A DNA stretch of 64,000 nt. It comes from an uncultured virus (IMG/VR IMGVR_UViG_3300020595_000014) (Duplodnaviria > Heunggongvirae > Uroviricota > Caudoviricetes). Of the stretch, positions 1 through 10,027 are shown piece by piece. A program made the position numbers and the translations under genes. The notes below the pieces were generated by a model. That model saw only the letters and a list, made by a program, of their open reading frames with translations, had not been told where the DNA came from and did no database searches. How positions within the stretch are numbered: the first letter of the stretch is position 1; every line of letters begins with the position of its first letter. The stretch lies in the IMG/VR virus record IMGVR_UViG_3300020595_000014. One strand, given 5' to 3'.

Positions 1-379
1 TAAGCATCTCCTGGATAGTATGCATGCAATAGTGTGGAGCCAGCGCTATATAACTGTCTCCAATATCAATATCCCATAACTTACTAATACATGTATATGC
101 TAGAGTATCACTATCCAGGAAGATACATTTATCAGAATTAATCAACTCCGGTATATACATACGCTGCCACAACAACGGTATATCCTTATGAGGCGAGATT
201 ACATTCTCAATAAATGGTGGTAATCCTTCCAGCTCCATTTCACTTAACGCATAGATCTTTAGGTTATGATCCTCAGATCTAAAGAATTTTTTCAGTTGTT
301 TAGCAGACTTAATAGTAAGGTCTATAAAATCCTTGTTATCGTTAATAACATAACAAACATGTATATCAGTCACCTTCAT
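1..379 (-). CDS. GT8-like glycosyltransferase, truncated by window edge
   Basis: Manual translation from ATG 379: MKVTDIHVCYVIND...QRMYIPELINSDKCIFLDSDTL...LWDID, a GT-A DxD motif; start overlaps stop of upstream ORF (ATGA). Confidence 0.75.
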   Translation of the reverse strand, partial: MKVTDIHVCYVINDNKDFIDLTIKSAKQLKKFFRSEDHNLKIYALSEMELEGLPPFIENVISPHKDIPLLWQRMYIPELINSDKCIFLDSDTLAYTCISKLWDIDIGDSYIALAPHYCMHTIQEML

Positions 380-1170
380 ATCTTATATTCAGAGTCCTCT
401 AAATTTATCCAGCTACCTAGATTCCAGTGCATACCGTATAAATTTTCTTTATTAAAAGCCTCTTGATTTAATAGAATTTCTTTACGCCTGGTGTGTTTGT
501 ATGGTTCAAAGAAACCGTAACTATAATCCTTTACATCAAAAACCCTACCATATTTAAAAAACATTCTTGTTAAAAATCCACTACCGGCTGACATCGTTAT
601 GTGTGTATTGCATACACACGACTTATTTAAAAAGTCAAATTCTGTAAATCTATACCGTTTACTTTCCTCGTAACTCTTCTCTAAGCCCTCTATACACTTC
701 TTAAAAAATTTATGACCACCATTACTGTAAAAAATACTATTAGTTAAAAAATACCCCTTCTTAAGTTTATGTAACGGGAAGTGTTTACGAAGTGGGTGCT
801 CTCGGTTATCTGCATCTATTATTGCTTTCATTTGGTGCTCCGGGTATGTCTGAAATATTATACAATTGTCCGTTAAAAGGGTGTCTAATGGTTTAAAGCA
901 TTCAATATCAAGATCAGCATATAAGCCACCATATTCATAAATGATAAAGTATCTGAATGAATCAACTCTCTGTATTTGCTCCGGATATGCCTCAAATGTA
1001 GGTAGAAACCAACTATATTTGGTTGAGATAAAGTCATGCATATCTTCATCAGTCCATAATTTATACTCCCAAGTTGGGTTTAAGTTCTTCCACGACTCAA
1101 CCCAATTTCTCTTAAAAGTATCGTTAGGAATATTCTTATTTTTCCATGTTTGGTGTATTATTTTATTCAT
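376..1170 (-). CDS. GT32/OCH1-like glycosyltransferase
   Basis: KIIHQTWK, W..LNP.WEYKLWTD, D.FRY..IYEYGGLYADLD motifs. Confidence 0.85.
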   Translation of the reverse strand: MNKIIHQTWKNKNIPNDTFKRNWVESWKNLNPTWEYKLWTDEDMHDFISTKYSWFLPTFEAYPEQIQRVDSFRYFIIYEYGGLYADLDIECFKPLDTLLTDNCIIFQTYPEHQMKAIIDADNREHPLRKHFPLHKLKKGYFLTNSIFYSNGGHKFFKKCIEGLEKSYEESKRYRFTEFDFLNKSCVCNTHITMSAGSGFLTRMFFKYGRVFDVKDYSYGFFEPYKHTRRKEILLNQEAFNKENLYGMHWNLGSWINLEDSEYKI

Positions 1171-1931
1171 TTAAACCTCTCGTTATACTTACATATACTA
1201 TCACCTGACCACATATAAGAATCATCATTGAACTCTCTATCCTTATAGGTATTATCCAGATAACCTACTCTCAGATCTTGCCTCTTCGCGAAGCACCTGT
1301 CAAGAGCTTCAGAATCTATATTCCACTCAAAATGTCTACCACTATTAAAAATAAAGTTTTCAACATCTTTAAAGAATAGAACTGATTGAGGTGTATTACC
1401 TATATGCAAAAGACCCTCGTTATACCATAATTCAATCTTATTGCTCGTATAAGTAGGTACTATAGACACATCATATGTATGATTATTAAACATATGATTT
1501 ATATCCTTTATAACAACAGTATCTACATCTAAACTCAATACATTATTATAACCTCTATTCAATAGCATACTAATCGTCTTAAAGCGGCTATGACATGTAT
1601 ACACACTACGCTTACTATACAGTAACTTTTTAATATTTTTACTACCGTTTCTACATACATCAACCCCATATACATAATGCATTGCAGAATCAACGTCTTT
1701 TAATATATCCTTTCGATTACTAAGATTAGGTTGATCGATGATATACTCTACTTTATTACTTGTTATTTTTGATCTCACCTCCTCAAATTGATCCGGCGTA
1801 AAATCAACAATACGTATAAAAATATCAGCATCCGTATTATTTGCATGTAGACTATCTACTAGTTTATACAGGTAGTGAATATAGTTGTAATCAGTAGAGC
1901 AAGTTATTGCGTTATTCGAAGTAGTTTTCAT
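1167..1931 (-). CDS. GT-A fold glycosyltransferase-like protein (paralog of 8301-9110 and 31868-32710)
   Basis: LSLDVD DxD motif; shared YKD...WSG C-terminal motif. Confidence 0.65.
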   Translation of the reverse strand: MKTTSNNAITCSTDYNYIHYLYKLVDSLHANNTDADIFIRIVDFTPDQFEEVRSKITSNKVEYIIDQPNLSNRKDILKDVDSAMHYVYGVDVCRNGSKNIKKLLYSKRSVYTCHSRFKTISMLLNRGYNNVLSLDVDTVVIKDINHMFNNHTYDVSIVPTYTSNKIELWYNEGLLHIGNTPQSVLFFKDVENFIFNSGRHFEWNIDSEALDRCFAKRQDLRVGYLDNTYKDREFNDDSYMWSGDSICKYNERFK

Positions 1932-3024
1932 ATTTGCTCTTTCGTCTTACATCCAGGGTAGTGCAATGGTGTGCTCCAGCAAAAATCTCACAATGCCGGA
2001 ACGGAGTACCCATTGCTGTTATACCATACTTAGCTAAAACCTTATTTAACTCCGTCTCATACTGGGAGTGACATATAATAAGCTCCGGTGAGATTGAGAG
2101 TACATTTAATTCTATCCTCGGAGACGCCAGCTTAATACCCTGCGCTTCCTTTTCAGATTGAGTCCGGTTTCTAGTAGGTATATGCACCAGATCCCATGAC
2201 TGTAACTCAGCAGGAAGCCGTGGCCTTACATACTCAGGCTCCTTCATAACAATAGCTAGACCTGGTCGTAATGGTAGAAATGATGAATCAATATGAGAAT
2301 CTGTGAGCGGTGTTGTGATTACTTTATACTTGTCACCTACGGCCTGCTGTAACCATTTAGCGCCTAGTTCCTGATTCTCGTTTGATACATTCATTAATAT
2401 ATGACTACCCATCCTAACACAATTAGCGGCATCAAACATTATCTCAACACCGCAATCCATATAATGTTCTTTTTGCCTGACGTCTATATAATACTTCTTA
2501 CCATTATCTTCATTAATTCCGGATAAATCAAAACTATGATCTGTCATTATGGGCTTAGGGGCCTGGATCCATTTACCGCCCTGTTTAAAGTACTCTAAAA
2601 ATAGGTGATGTAGGTAATCGTTCTCAAAATATCTATATTTACACGTCGGAGGAGACTCAATGATAGTATCACCTACAACCATCGCCATATCCCTTACATT
2701 AAGAGCGGGGTGGTTAGTACTGCTCCATAGCGGAGTTTTAGTCTTGCTTATTCTTTTAGGTGTCTTAGGTCGCCTAACCTTTACATTAAGTGACTGTAAA
2801 AGATCACAAAACTTATTTAAGTCTTCTGCATGCTCTTCACAATGCCGTTTTTGAATGGTCTGTTCACCAAATTCATAGTCTCTCCCGTCCGGACAGCCGT
2901 CCCAGAGATTTTCATGAAAAAACAATTTAAACGAATAATCCAGTAGGGGTAGTTCACTCGGGAAACCATCACCTACTATAACTTCTTCTAGTTGATCCCA
3001 TTCATTGTGACTATTTACTATCAT
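1912..3024 (-). CDS. Amidinotransferase (glycine / inosamine-phosphate amidinotransferase family)
   Basis: VNSHNEWDQLEEVIVG N-terminus, RD, FDAAN, HIDS, GAHHCTTLDVRR with catalytic Cys; start taken at second Met. Confidence 0.9.
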   Translation of the reverse strand: MIVNSHNEWDQLEEVIVGDGFPSELPLLDYSFKLFFHENLWDGCPDGRDYEFGEQTIQKRHCEEHAEDLNKFCDLLQSLNVKVRRPKTPKRISKTKTPLWSSTNHPALNVRDMAMVVGDTIIESPPTCKYRYFENDYLHHLFLEYFKQGGKWIQAPKPIMTDHSFDLSGINEDNGKKYYIDVRQKEHYMDCGVEIMFDAANCVRMGSHILMNVSNENQELGAKWLQQAVGDKYKVITTPLTDSHIDSSFLPLRPGLAIVMKEPEYVRPRLPAELQSWDLVHIPTRNRTQSEKEAQGIKLASPRIELNVLSISPELIICHSQYETELNKVLAKYGITAMGTPFRHCEIFAGAHHCTTLDVRRKSKYENYFE

Positions 3025-3826
3025 ATAATTTAAGCTCTTTAAGCTGCTGCTTAAAAGTAGGTACATATGGTAAGCGCTGCGTACTCGCTAGCGTTCTATC
3101 TAGCTTATTACCTACACCTACTCTTGTACCACTTATATCAGTAGCTTTTACTTGGTTAATATTAATATTTAAACTGTAAATATTACTAATCAATCTACAC
3201 AGATCATATTTTGAAATGGCGCCGGGTGTATGGAAGTGCCGAACCCCGTCCCAGAAGTCATCTGCATCAATAATTAAAGCGATATATTTACATAGCTCTA
3301 GAGTTGTAACACCATTCCATATACAGTTATCATAACCGGTGATCTCTTCGGCTCCGAGCTCATAGCTATCTAATACCCATTTAAGTAAGCCGCCATATTT
3401 ACCTATAAATGACGTACGTATAATAGTACCTTCTGTTACTTGGCTTTTTGATATACCGTAGGCTTCGTTGCAGTCAGGCTCATCAATTTCTAGGTACTTA
3501 CCTCTATCTCCTTTAAAGACGCAATCACTGCATATATGTATAAAGTTGGCATTATTATCTTCACATATGGATTGCATAATTTGAGGAAATACAGCATTTA
3601 CCTCCCATGCAGCTTCCTGTGACTTAATATTTGGTTTTAAGAGACCTACACTATTAATTACTACATCACCTGATTTAATATTACGTCTAAAAAACTCTGA
3701 ATCAGAAAAGAACATAGCATTAAAATGCCTTCTATCATACACTGTAACTGAGTAAAGCTTACTCAAATACCGCTCTAAATATTTACCTAAATTACCGTTA
3801 CCTAAAATTATAATTCTTTTATTCAT
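3011..3826 (-). CDS. dTDP-4-dehydrorhamnose reductase (RmlD)-like SDR
   Basis: ILGNGNLG, HICSDCVFKG, YGISK (YxxxK), IRTSFIG, WNGVTT. Confidence 0.8.
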   Translation of the reverse strand: MNKRIIILGNGNLGKYLERYLSKLYSVTVYDRRHFNAMFFSDSEFFRRNIKSGDVVINSVGLLKPNIKSQEAAWEVNAVFPQIMQSICEDNNANFIHICSDCVFKGDRGKYLEIDEPDCNEAYGISKSQVTEGTIIRTSFIGKYGGLLKWVLDSYELGAEEITGYDNCIWNGVTTLELCKYIALIIDADDFWDGVRHFHTPGAISKYDLCRLISNIYSLNININQVKATDISGTRVGVGNKLDRTLASTQRLPYVPTFKQQLKELKLYDSK

Positions 3827-4439
3827 GGAATGCTTTTAATGTAGAGAGATCGAGATTATAATCTCTATACCCCATTTTATCAGGGTTCCTGTCCGGTAAT
3901 CCGTAGAAGTTTTGTATACCAATAACAGCTTGTTCCGGGGCCATATACATATGATAACCTAGTTGATCAATATCAGTATTTTCATTATAAAATATAGATG
4001 TACGACCATCATACTTCATTATATCCAACCATTTTTTTGCATCGATATCATCTGTTAAAATCATACCACCCTTACCTGTTGATAGGGTTTTTTTATGGTT
4101 AAAAGATAAACAATATAAAGACCCCGGTATATACATACCCTTTGTGAATCTCTGAGCGGAATCATATACAGATAGAGGGCTTAATTTATATGCACCTATC
4201 CATTCAGCTGTTGTGAACTTTACTCTATATCCTGCATGCATTACTTGCATGGGTACTGATATATAAGTCTTCTTAGGCACCTCAATATAATCTACATCTT
4301 CCCTCAATACATCCTTAGCATACTTAAGAGAGAGAAAGATAGCGTTTGTGCAACTATCAACCGCAACAGCATATTTACTACCTGCGTAGTCTGCTATTAA
4401 TTCTTCAAATTTTGAGACATTATCCCATGGTGTATTCAT
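3819..4439 (-). CDS. Short DegT/DnrJ/EryC1/StrS-family PLP aminotransferase
   Basis: YAVAVDSCTNA, DSA, LSFNHKKTLSTGKGGMILTDD. Confidence 0.85.
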   Translation of the reverse strand: MNTPWDNVSKFEELIADYAGSKYAVAVDSCTNAIFLSLKYAKDVLREDVDYIEVPKKTYISVPMQVMHAGYRVKFTTAEWIGAYKLSPLSVYDSAQRFTKGMYIPGSLYCLSFNHKKTLSTGKGGMILTDDIDAKKWLDIMKYDGRTSIFYNENTDIDQLGYHMYMAPEQAVIGIQNFYGLPDRNPDKMGYRDYNLDLSTLKAFHE

Positions 4440-5068
4440 AAGTCTTTTGAGTATATTAAGTTAAAGTATTCAGCATATTCAGCATCACACTCCATACCTC
4501 TAAATTTAGCGTAAGTGAGAAGGCCCTCGCTACTTCTAGGATTAGGGTACACTCTCACTTCATGTATATATGATGTGAGTAAATCTATCTTAGTGAGAAT
4601 GTCATTGCGGGTCAGCGGTATATACACATTACCTTTAAAATTATTATCAAAGGACTGAGTAGTTGAAGAAGGTATTTCGTACTCGAAAATCTTAACTGGC
4701 GCATGTTCTTGATACCGTCTAAGAACTACTTCACACGCTCTATGTACCGCTCTATGATCTAGATTAAGGTCATTCTCACGAGGTATAAAAGTCCAATCTG
4801 GCTTTATAACCGTATATACCTCCTCGATACTCTTTAGTAGAGGAGTTACTTGTGCCTCTAGAGACTCGTCTTCAAAAGGTAAGCGAAATGTTTGCTTAAA
4901 GTGTGTAGTACATTCTTTATATTCTTCAATGTCTTTTTCGCGTGTACAACATATAATAAGATATACATCATGACCTTCTCTGATAAGCTTTTGTGTAGTG
5001 CCACCGACACCTAATACCTCATCATCCGCATGCGGCGCTATTATTAATATCTTTTTTGATGTACTCAT
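4436..5068 (-). CDS. PIG-L/LmbE-family N-deacetylase
   Basis: IAPHADDEVLGVGG, DH, YEIPSST, YAEYF; start taken at MSTSKK. Confidence 0.88.
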   Translation of the reverse strand: MSTSKKILIIAPHADDEVLGVGGTTQKLIREGHDVYLIICCTREKDIEEYKECTTHFKQTFRLPFEDESLEAQVTPLLKSIEEVYTVIKPDWTFIPRENDLNLDHRAVHRACEVVLRRYQEHAPVKIFEYEIPSSTTQSFDNNFKGNVYIPLTRNDILTKIDLLTSYIHEVRVYPNPRSSEGLLTYAKFRGMECDAEYAEYFNLIYSKDL

Positions 5069-5981
5069 AAAGTGTTTTAGAACCTGTTTTAAAATCAATT
5101 GTAGGTTTCCAGCCTAGTATAGCTGCAGCTTTCTTATTATCAACTACCTTGCCTATATAGTCACCATGCCGTTTCCCTGTAAATTCAATAATAGTATCAC
5201 CTGAATGCAGCTCTTTGACCCTTTCTGCGACTTCAGTGAGTGTTATTTTTTCAGGACCTTCAAGATTGATAGTCTCATTTTTTGCTTCATCACATAAAGC
5301 TAGGCAGTTCCCCTTAGCGTGATCATTTACGTTCAAGAAGTTCCTGTAAATGTTCCCATCCCCGGTTATAGTGAGCGGAACACTGGTAATTGCGTTGGTT
5401 ATAAACCGAGACATAACGGTATCTGGGTGACAACCAGGGCCGTATGCAATACCATACCGTAATATAGTGTAATCTATGTCCTTAACAGCACAAAAATTAC
5501 GCACTAGAGCCTCACACGCTACCTTACATGTTGTATAAACATGGTCAGAGCTGTTCATATGTAGAGGAGACTCCTCATTCACTTGAGTATCTGGTGATAT
5601 ACTGTACACCCACACAGTAGATGAAAATATAATTCGCGGTATCTTTAGACTATTTGCGGCTTCTAACGTATTTGCGAGGCACATAATGTTAGTACTAACT
5701 GCATGAGGTATATCAGCTAGATTTTCCTTACTATCTGATATAGCTGCAAGCATATATACGGCGCTAAACCCGTCACCGTATGATAACATACTCTTAAGCA
5801 TACGATAATCCTGAGCCTCACAATACACAAACTGTAAACTCAGAATTTCTGCCTCACTAAAGAAGTCATGACAGTTAGCTAAGTTATTATCAAATATTGA
5901 TACGGTATGCCCGTGCGATATAAGTTCACGAGCGGTGTGTCTGCCGATAAAGCCAGCGCCTCCTACGATTGCTATGTTCAT
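5022..5981 (-). CDS. NAD-dependent nucleotide-sugar epimerase/dehydratase
   Basis: GGAGFIG, SST, YTTCK (YxxxK), LRYGIAYGPG, GDG..YRNFL; start taken at MNIAIVGG. Confidence 0.88.
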   Translation of the reverse strand: MNIAIVGGAGFIGRHTARELISHGHTVSIFDNNLANCHDFFSEAEILSLQFVYCEAQDYRMLKSMLSYGDGFSAVYMLAAISDSKENLADIPHAVSTNIMCLANTLEAANSLKIPRIIFSSTVWVYSISPDTQVNEESPLHMNSSDHVYTTCKVACEALVRNFCAVKDIDYTILRYGIAYGPGCHPDTVMSRFITNAITSVPLTITGDGNIYRNFLNVNDHAKGNCLALCDEAKNETINLEGPEKITLTEVAERVKELHSGDTIIEFTGKRHGDYIGKVVDNKKAAAILGWKPTIDFKTGSKTLYEYIKKDINNSAACG

Positions 5982-5982
5982 A

Positions 5983-6525
5983 TTAACCTTTTTTATATTC
6001 TGGGGTCTTAATATCCTTAAGATACTTTGATAATACTCTATATCGCTCACACACTAAAACAACCCTCGGTTTATCTGTTTCTTCAATCGCTGTAACTGCG
6101 TGAGGCGTATTCGGTGATATTATTACTGCAGCGTTTTCTATTGGCTTGAACGTATTCTGGTCAATCACTAATTCACCCCCCTCCATATTAGGATCAATAG
6201 TTTCATAATAGACAACCGTCTCTGGCTTGCTAATAAGCATCCCGGGTTGTTTGTGTATTAGTACTTCTCCTAGAGCGAAGTCGGCGTGCTCTTCAATACT
6301 ACCACTTTTATATGTTCTTATAGCGACGAAGTGATATAGGTTATGCTTTGGTGTTTTAAATTCTGAGAGGAAATCAGGTAGTTCGTCTGCCTTTAATGTA
6401 AAGTTAAAGGCGTCTCTTTCTGTATGTTTACTGTCACTAAAACTCTCCCAGTACGAAGAGTTTTCTAAAAATACAGAGAGTGCATCCTTTTTCTCTTTAG
6501 TAAGAAACTCTCTACAAACTTTCAT
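5983..6525 (-). CDS. 2OG-Fe(II) oxygenase superfamily protein
   Basis: HAD (HxD), EGGEL, PHAVT, distal Arg. Confidence 0.75.
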   Translation of the reverse strand: MKVCREFLTKEKKDALSVFLENSSYWESFSDSKHTERDAFNFTLKADELPDFLSEFKTPKHNLYHFVAIRTYKSGSIEEHADFALGEVLIHKQPGMLISKPETVVYYETIDPNMEGGELVIDQNTFKPIENAAVIISPNTPHAVTAIEETDKPRVVLVCERYRVLSKYLKDIKTPEYKKG

Positions 6526-6575
6526 TATTAAATATTTTAGTATATATTCTCATAAATGCAATTGTAAATATCAAT

Positions 6576-6989
6576 GTGTACGACGATATTAATAAAAGAG
6601 TTTGTAGTATATTAAACATACTTAAATTTACGCCAATTAATAGAGAAGGTATTAAATCGGCAACAGATATCTTTATGGCTCTAAATTATCTGATCCAAGA
6701 AACTAACAATAGTGATTTTAAGAAAGTAGTATATGAATATATTATAGTAATGTATCTTGTTATGGATAAGAAATTTATGAGTAATCCGAGTCACTCATGT
6801 CTTCATGAGCTCATGATAGTGCCTGGAGGCGCGTATAGTATTTTAAAAGAAAAAATAGATAGACAATTACCTATTCCTAAACTAGAGAAAAAAGATGTAA
6901 TTGATATTACAACTACTGATATCCCTCTATTGAGGCACTTATATATAGCTAATCGATCCGCTGTTGATAGTATTTTTCGACAAAGCTAG
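6576..6989 (+). CDS. Hypothetical protein
   Basis: 137-aa ORF with GTG start 5 nt after TAAATA. Confidence 0.6.
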   Translation: MYDDINKRVCSILNILKFTPINREGIKSATDIFMALNYLIQETNNSDFKKVVYEYIIVMYLVMDKKFMSNPSHSCLHELMIVPGGAYSILKEKIDRQLPIPKLEKKDVIDITTTDIPLLRHLYIANRSAVDSIFRQS

Positions 6990-7326
6990 GGTACGGTAAA
7001 AAAAGTGTCGGCCAATACGTTAAGACATCTTTGATGCTTTGAAATTGCCTTTCTTCTTCATAGGGTGTTGTTTTCTCAATAAGATTTTTAGTAAATAGTA
7101 ACTCCTTCCTTAGTCTATCTCTATCACCTTTATATTCTGAGCCTTGATATTCATAGCCAGGTACAGGTATATCTAGAGTATCAGCAAGATCTCTGTCCAT
7201 TTCTTGTAATATTCTTTCCTTATAGGTCAGTATAAATTCAAACCATATACGAGTAGCGACACTTATATTCATATTCATAAGCTCTTCTTCTGACTCAACT
7301 TTAAAAATTTTAAGTAATTCATTCAT
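6949..7326 (-). CDS. Hypothetical protein sharing C-terminal WP.L.LP.P motif with 12382-13272
   Basis: KDVLTYWPTLFLPYP; coupled to upstream ORF. Confidence 0.6.
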   Translation of the reverse strand: MNELLKIFKVESEEELMNMNISVATRIWFEFILTYKERILQEMDRDLADTLDIPVPGYEYQGSEYKGDRDRLRKELLFTKNLIEKTTPYEEERQFQSIKDVLTYWPTLFLPYPSFVEKYYQQRID

Positions 7327-8314
7327 TATCTATCTTATTTTCTAGCTTGTATATATTGCCTATAACATTGGTGACCAGGTTTAATATATTTGATGCCGCG
7401 CAGTTTTCAATAATTTTTAGATTTGTATTATTTGAACAAACATCGCGCCAGCAAGAAGCTTTACCACCGTAATAAAGTTCTGGATCTTCGCTGTAATTTT
7501 TTATGTTGCCCTTATACTGTATTTCAGGATATATCGCGTCTAAAACAAGATCGCGATCCACGCCTTTAATATTAGAATTATTAAAATGAATAAACTGTTT
7601 TGATATTATAGGTATAGTATATGAATTTAAATCCGGTAAAGCACCGCCATTAAAATGTAGTGTATTAGAATATAAGCAAGTCTGAGTAATAAAATTATTC
7701 CCTGTTTCAAAACTATGATTAAGTTTTAAATCATCAAATATTTCAAATCTTTCATGCAGTGGCGCTGCTCTGACGATTAAAATATTATTAAAATATTTAA
7801 AATTATTATTATCTATGTATTTTTCAATAATTTTATAAATTAAAATAGTATGAAATATATCCATACTAGCTGTATTTTCCAAATCTCTCCACGGCCCACG
7901 GAAATATATAACAAGTGTTCGCTTACCAATATTAACAATGTTCGGGTCTAATACTGCTGTCTTAATATCACCTACCTTCACTTTAAACGCTCCGGTACCA
8001 TAATCAAAACGCGGCACAGAGCTATACTCTATTTTGAAGTTATTCTTTTTTAGTTTCGTGTATTGCTTGCAATTTATACGATAACCGTTCCTTACAATAT
8101 CACTCTTTTTAAATTTTTCTTTATATAACTCAGAATAAAGATAGTCTACTAAACTATCTAGAGTGAGTTCATGTAAATTTAAACCTTTAATATAATTCCT
8201 GGTTTTTAAAAAATTTAAATGACAATGATGAAACTTTAAAAAAGTAGATACCTCATCGTCCGGTAATGTTTCATAATATTTCGGGAGATAGCTATGTTTA
8301 TTATAGATCACCAT
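7319..8314 (-). CDS. Hypothetical protein
   Basis: 331-aa ORF overlapping both neighbours; no family recognised. Confidence 0.65.
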   Translation of the reverse strand: MVIYNKHSYLPKYYETLPDDEVSTFLKFHHCHLNFLKTRNYIKGLNLHELTLDSLVDYLYSELYKEKFKKSDIVRNGYRINCKQYTKLKKNNFKIEYSSVPRFDYGTGAFKVKVGDIKTAVLDPNIVNIGKRTLVIYFRGPWRDLENTASMDIFHTILIYKIIEKYIDNNNFKYFNNILIVRAAPLHERFEIFDDLKLNHSFETGNNFITQTCLYSNTLHFNGGALPDLNSYTIPIISKQFIHFNNSNIKGVDRDLVLDAIYPEIQYKGNIKNYSEDPELYYGGKASCWRDVCSNNTNLKIIENCAASNILNLVTNVIGNIYKLENKIDNE

Positions 8315-9110
8315 ACTTTTTACATTCTTCTATATATCTGTCGTGCGTAAATTTTGTATTCCCGGAACCAGACCAAATTATAGAACCACTCTCTAAATCC
8401 TCGTCTTTATATTTTTTATCTATATTCTTTATACTTTTAGATAACTCTAAGAACTCAGTAATTATTCTCTCATCCACATCCCAGTCAAAAATTTCTGCAT
8501 TAACAACACTACAAGCCCATTTAATTATATCTCGTGTATCTTTATTATTATGGACACCTATTAATCCACCGTGATACAAAAAATCCTCATCAATAAGTCT
8601 TTTAGTATCTAATTGCTCGCTATATGGCTTATCTTTGAAAAAGCAAAAGTCATGTTTACTTAAATCAGCAAATAGTCTATATACTTCGCCTCTTACTATT
8701 GAGTCAACGTCAAGATAAATTACACTCCCTACCTGAAGTTTAAGCAGCCTCTTCAAGGTATCAAATTTTATATTTGAGCAATAAGCTATAAGCTCGCTAT
8801 AGAACAATCTCAGCGGTTTAATCGTAGTTTTATTTTTAAGAACAAGATCCTCTTTATCTACCGCGTACAGACCCTCTTTTGTTTTTAAATTACGTACCGT
8901 GGATAGTTCTGTTTTATCTGAAATAATACTAATGCTATCAAAACAAGCTAGATCTTCGTCTTCGCAATTGACAAATCTCCCAACAATTTCTACGTTTGGA
9001 GAATTTTTTTGAATTGAATTGACTAATATTTTTGCGAACGGTATGTAGTTTTTATCTGATGTAAAGGTAATTACATCTTTACCTACCAGGTCTCTGTACA
9101 ATTCTCGCAT
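8301..9110 (-). CDS. GT-A fold glycosyltransferase-like protein
   Basis: TSDKNY, YLDVDSIVR, GGLI, YKDE...IWSGSG. Confidence 0.7.
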   Translation of the reverse strand: MRELYRDLVGKDVITFTSDKNYIPFAKILVNSIQKNSPNVEIVGRFVNCEDEDLACFDSISIISDKTELSTVRNLKTKEGLYAVDKEDLVLKNKTTIKPLRLFYSELIAYCSNIKFDTLKRLLKLQVGSVIYLDVDSIVRGEVYRLFADLSKHDFCFFKDKPYSEQLDTKRLIDEDFLYHGGLIGVHNNKDTRDIIKWACSVVNAEIFDWDVDERIITEFLELSKSIKNIDKKYKDEDLESGSIIWSGSGNTKFTHDRYIEECKKYGDL

Positions 9111-10027
9111 ATACCTGTATATTTATCTTGCTTATGCTCAGTAACAACTCTCTTCCAACCGTCACTATTATATATTTCCTCTAAGGACTGTTTAAAAAGA
9201 TTACCAACAACACCGGTATTATTAAGATCATTAAACGGGCAGAATAGAAAATCACCATTAGGTAAAACACCTCCACCTACACCTGGTCCGAAGGGGCAAA
9301 TACCTGACCTAGGCCTCTTTTCCGTTTCGAAATCCTTTAAATTATCTCCTCTATTATGGTTGTATATATCCTCTTGATTTATTTTAACGTTCTTTAACTT
9401 ATTAAGTCGTAAAAGCTTAATATAGAGATCGTTCTTAGGAAATTCAGTTAAGTGTCGACCACATCTTATGTTTATTTCAACTAAAAAATCAACACCTTCA
9501 TTTAGGGTATCAAATAAGGTATTAAATTTTTCTTCAAACACCTTAAAGTTATCTTTATTGGTATTTGCGCTAAAAGACTCGCTATCGTACCCGTATAATG
9601 ATACCGTTAAAATAAGTTTTTTTAAGTTCTTAAGTAATTCGAAATGCTTAGGCTGAAGTATTGTTAAGTTAGTCGTTACGAGATAATGATCAATCTCTTT
9701 TTTTGATTCTAAATATTTTAGCTTTTTATCAAACTCCTTATCTAAAAAAGGCTCACCAATCGCCGGTGTTAACTCAATATACTTTATACCATAATCAGCA
9801 AATTTATTAACAAATATCTCGAAATTAGTTTGCGTCATTGTCTTTACCCTTGATAATTCCTTTATATTAGGTATAGATCCTCTACAAAAACAGCAATTCA
9901 GGTTACAATTAAAAATAGTCTGCATATTAACCATCTTACCAAATTTCTCATTAAGAGTGTGGGGTTTAAATGCACCCTCATCTACTTCTCTATCATGGTT
10001 ATTTAAAAAATTATCTAGATATCTCAT
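9083..10027 (-). CDS. Radical SAM protein with SPASM/twitch domain
   Basis: CNLNCCFC (CxxxCxxC), GEPFL, TN, C-terminal CPF...FC...GNL...CENC. Confidence 0.88.
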   Translation of the reverse strand: MRYLDNFLNNHDREVDEGAFKPHTLNEKFGKMVNMQTIFNCNLNCCFCRGSIPNIKELSRVKTMTQTNFEIFVNKFADYGIKYIELTPAIGEPFLDKEFDKKLKYLESKKEIDHYLVTTNLTILQPKHFELLKNLKKLILTVSLYGYDSESFSANTNKDNFKVFEEKFNTLFDTLNEGVDFLVEINIRCGRHLTEFPKNDLYIKLLRLNKLKNVKINQEDIYNHNRGDNLKDFETEKRPRSGICPFGPGVGGGVLPNGDFLFCPFNDLNNTGVVGNLFKQSLEEIYNSDGWKRVVTEHKQDKYTGICENCTETW

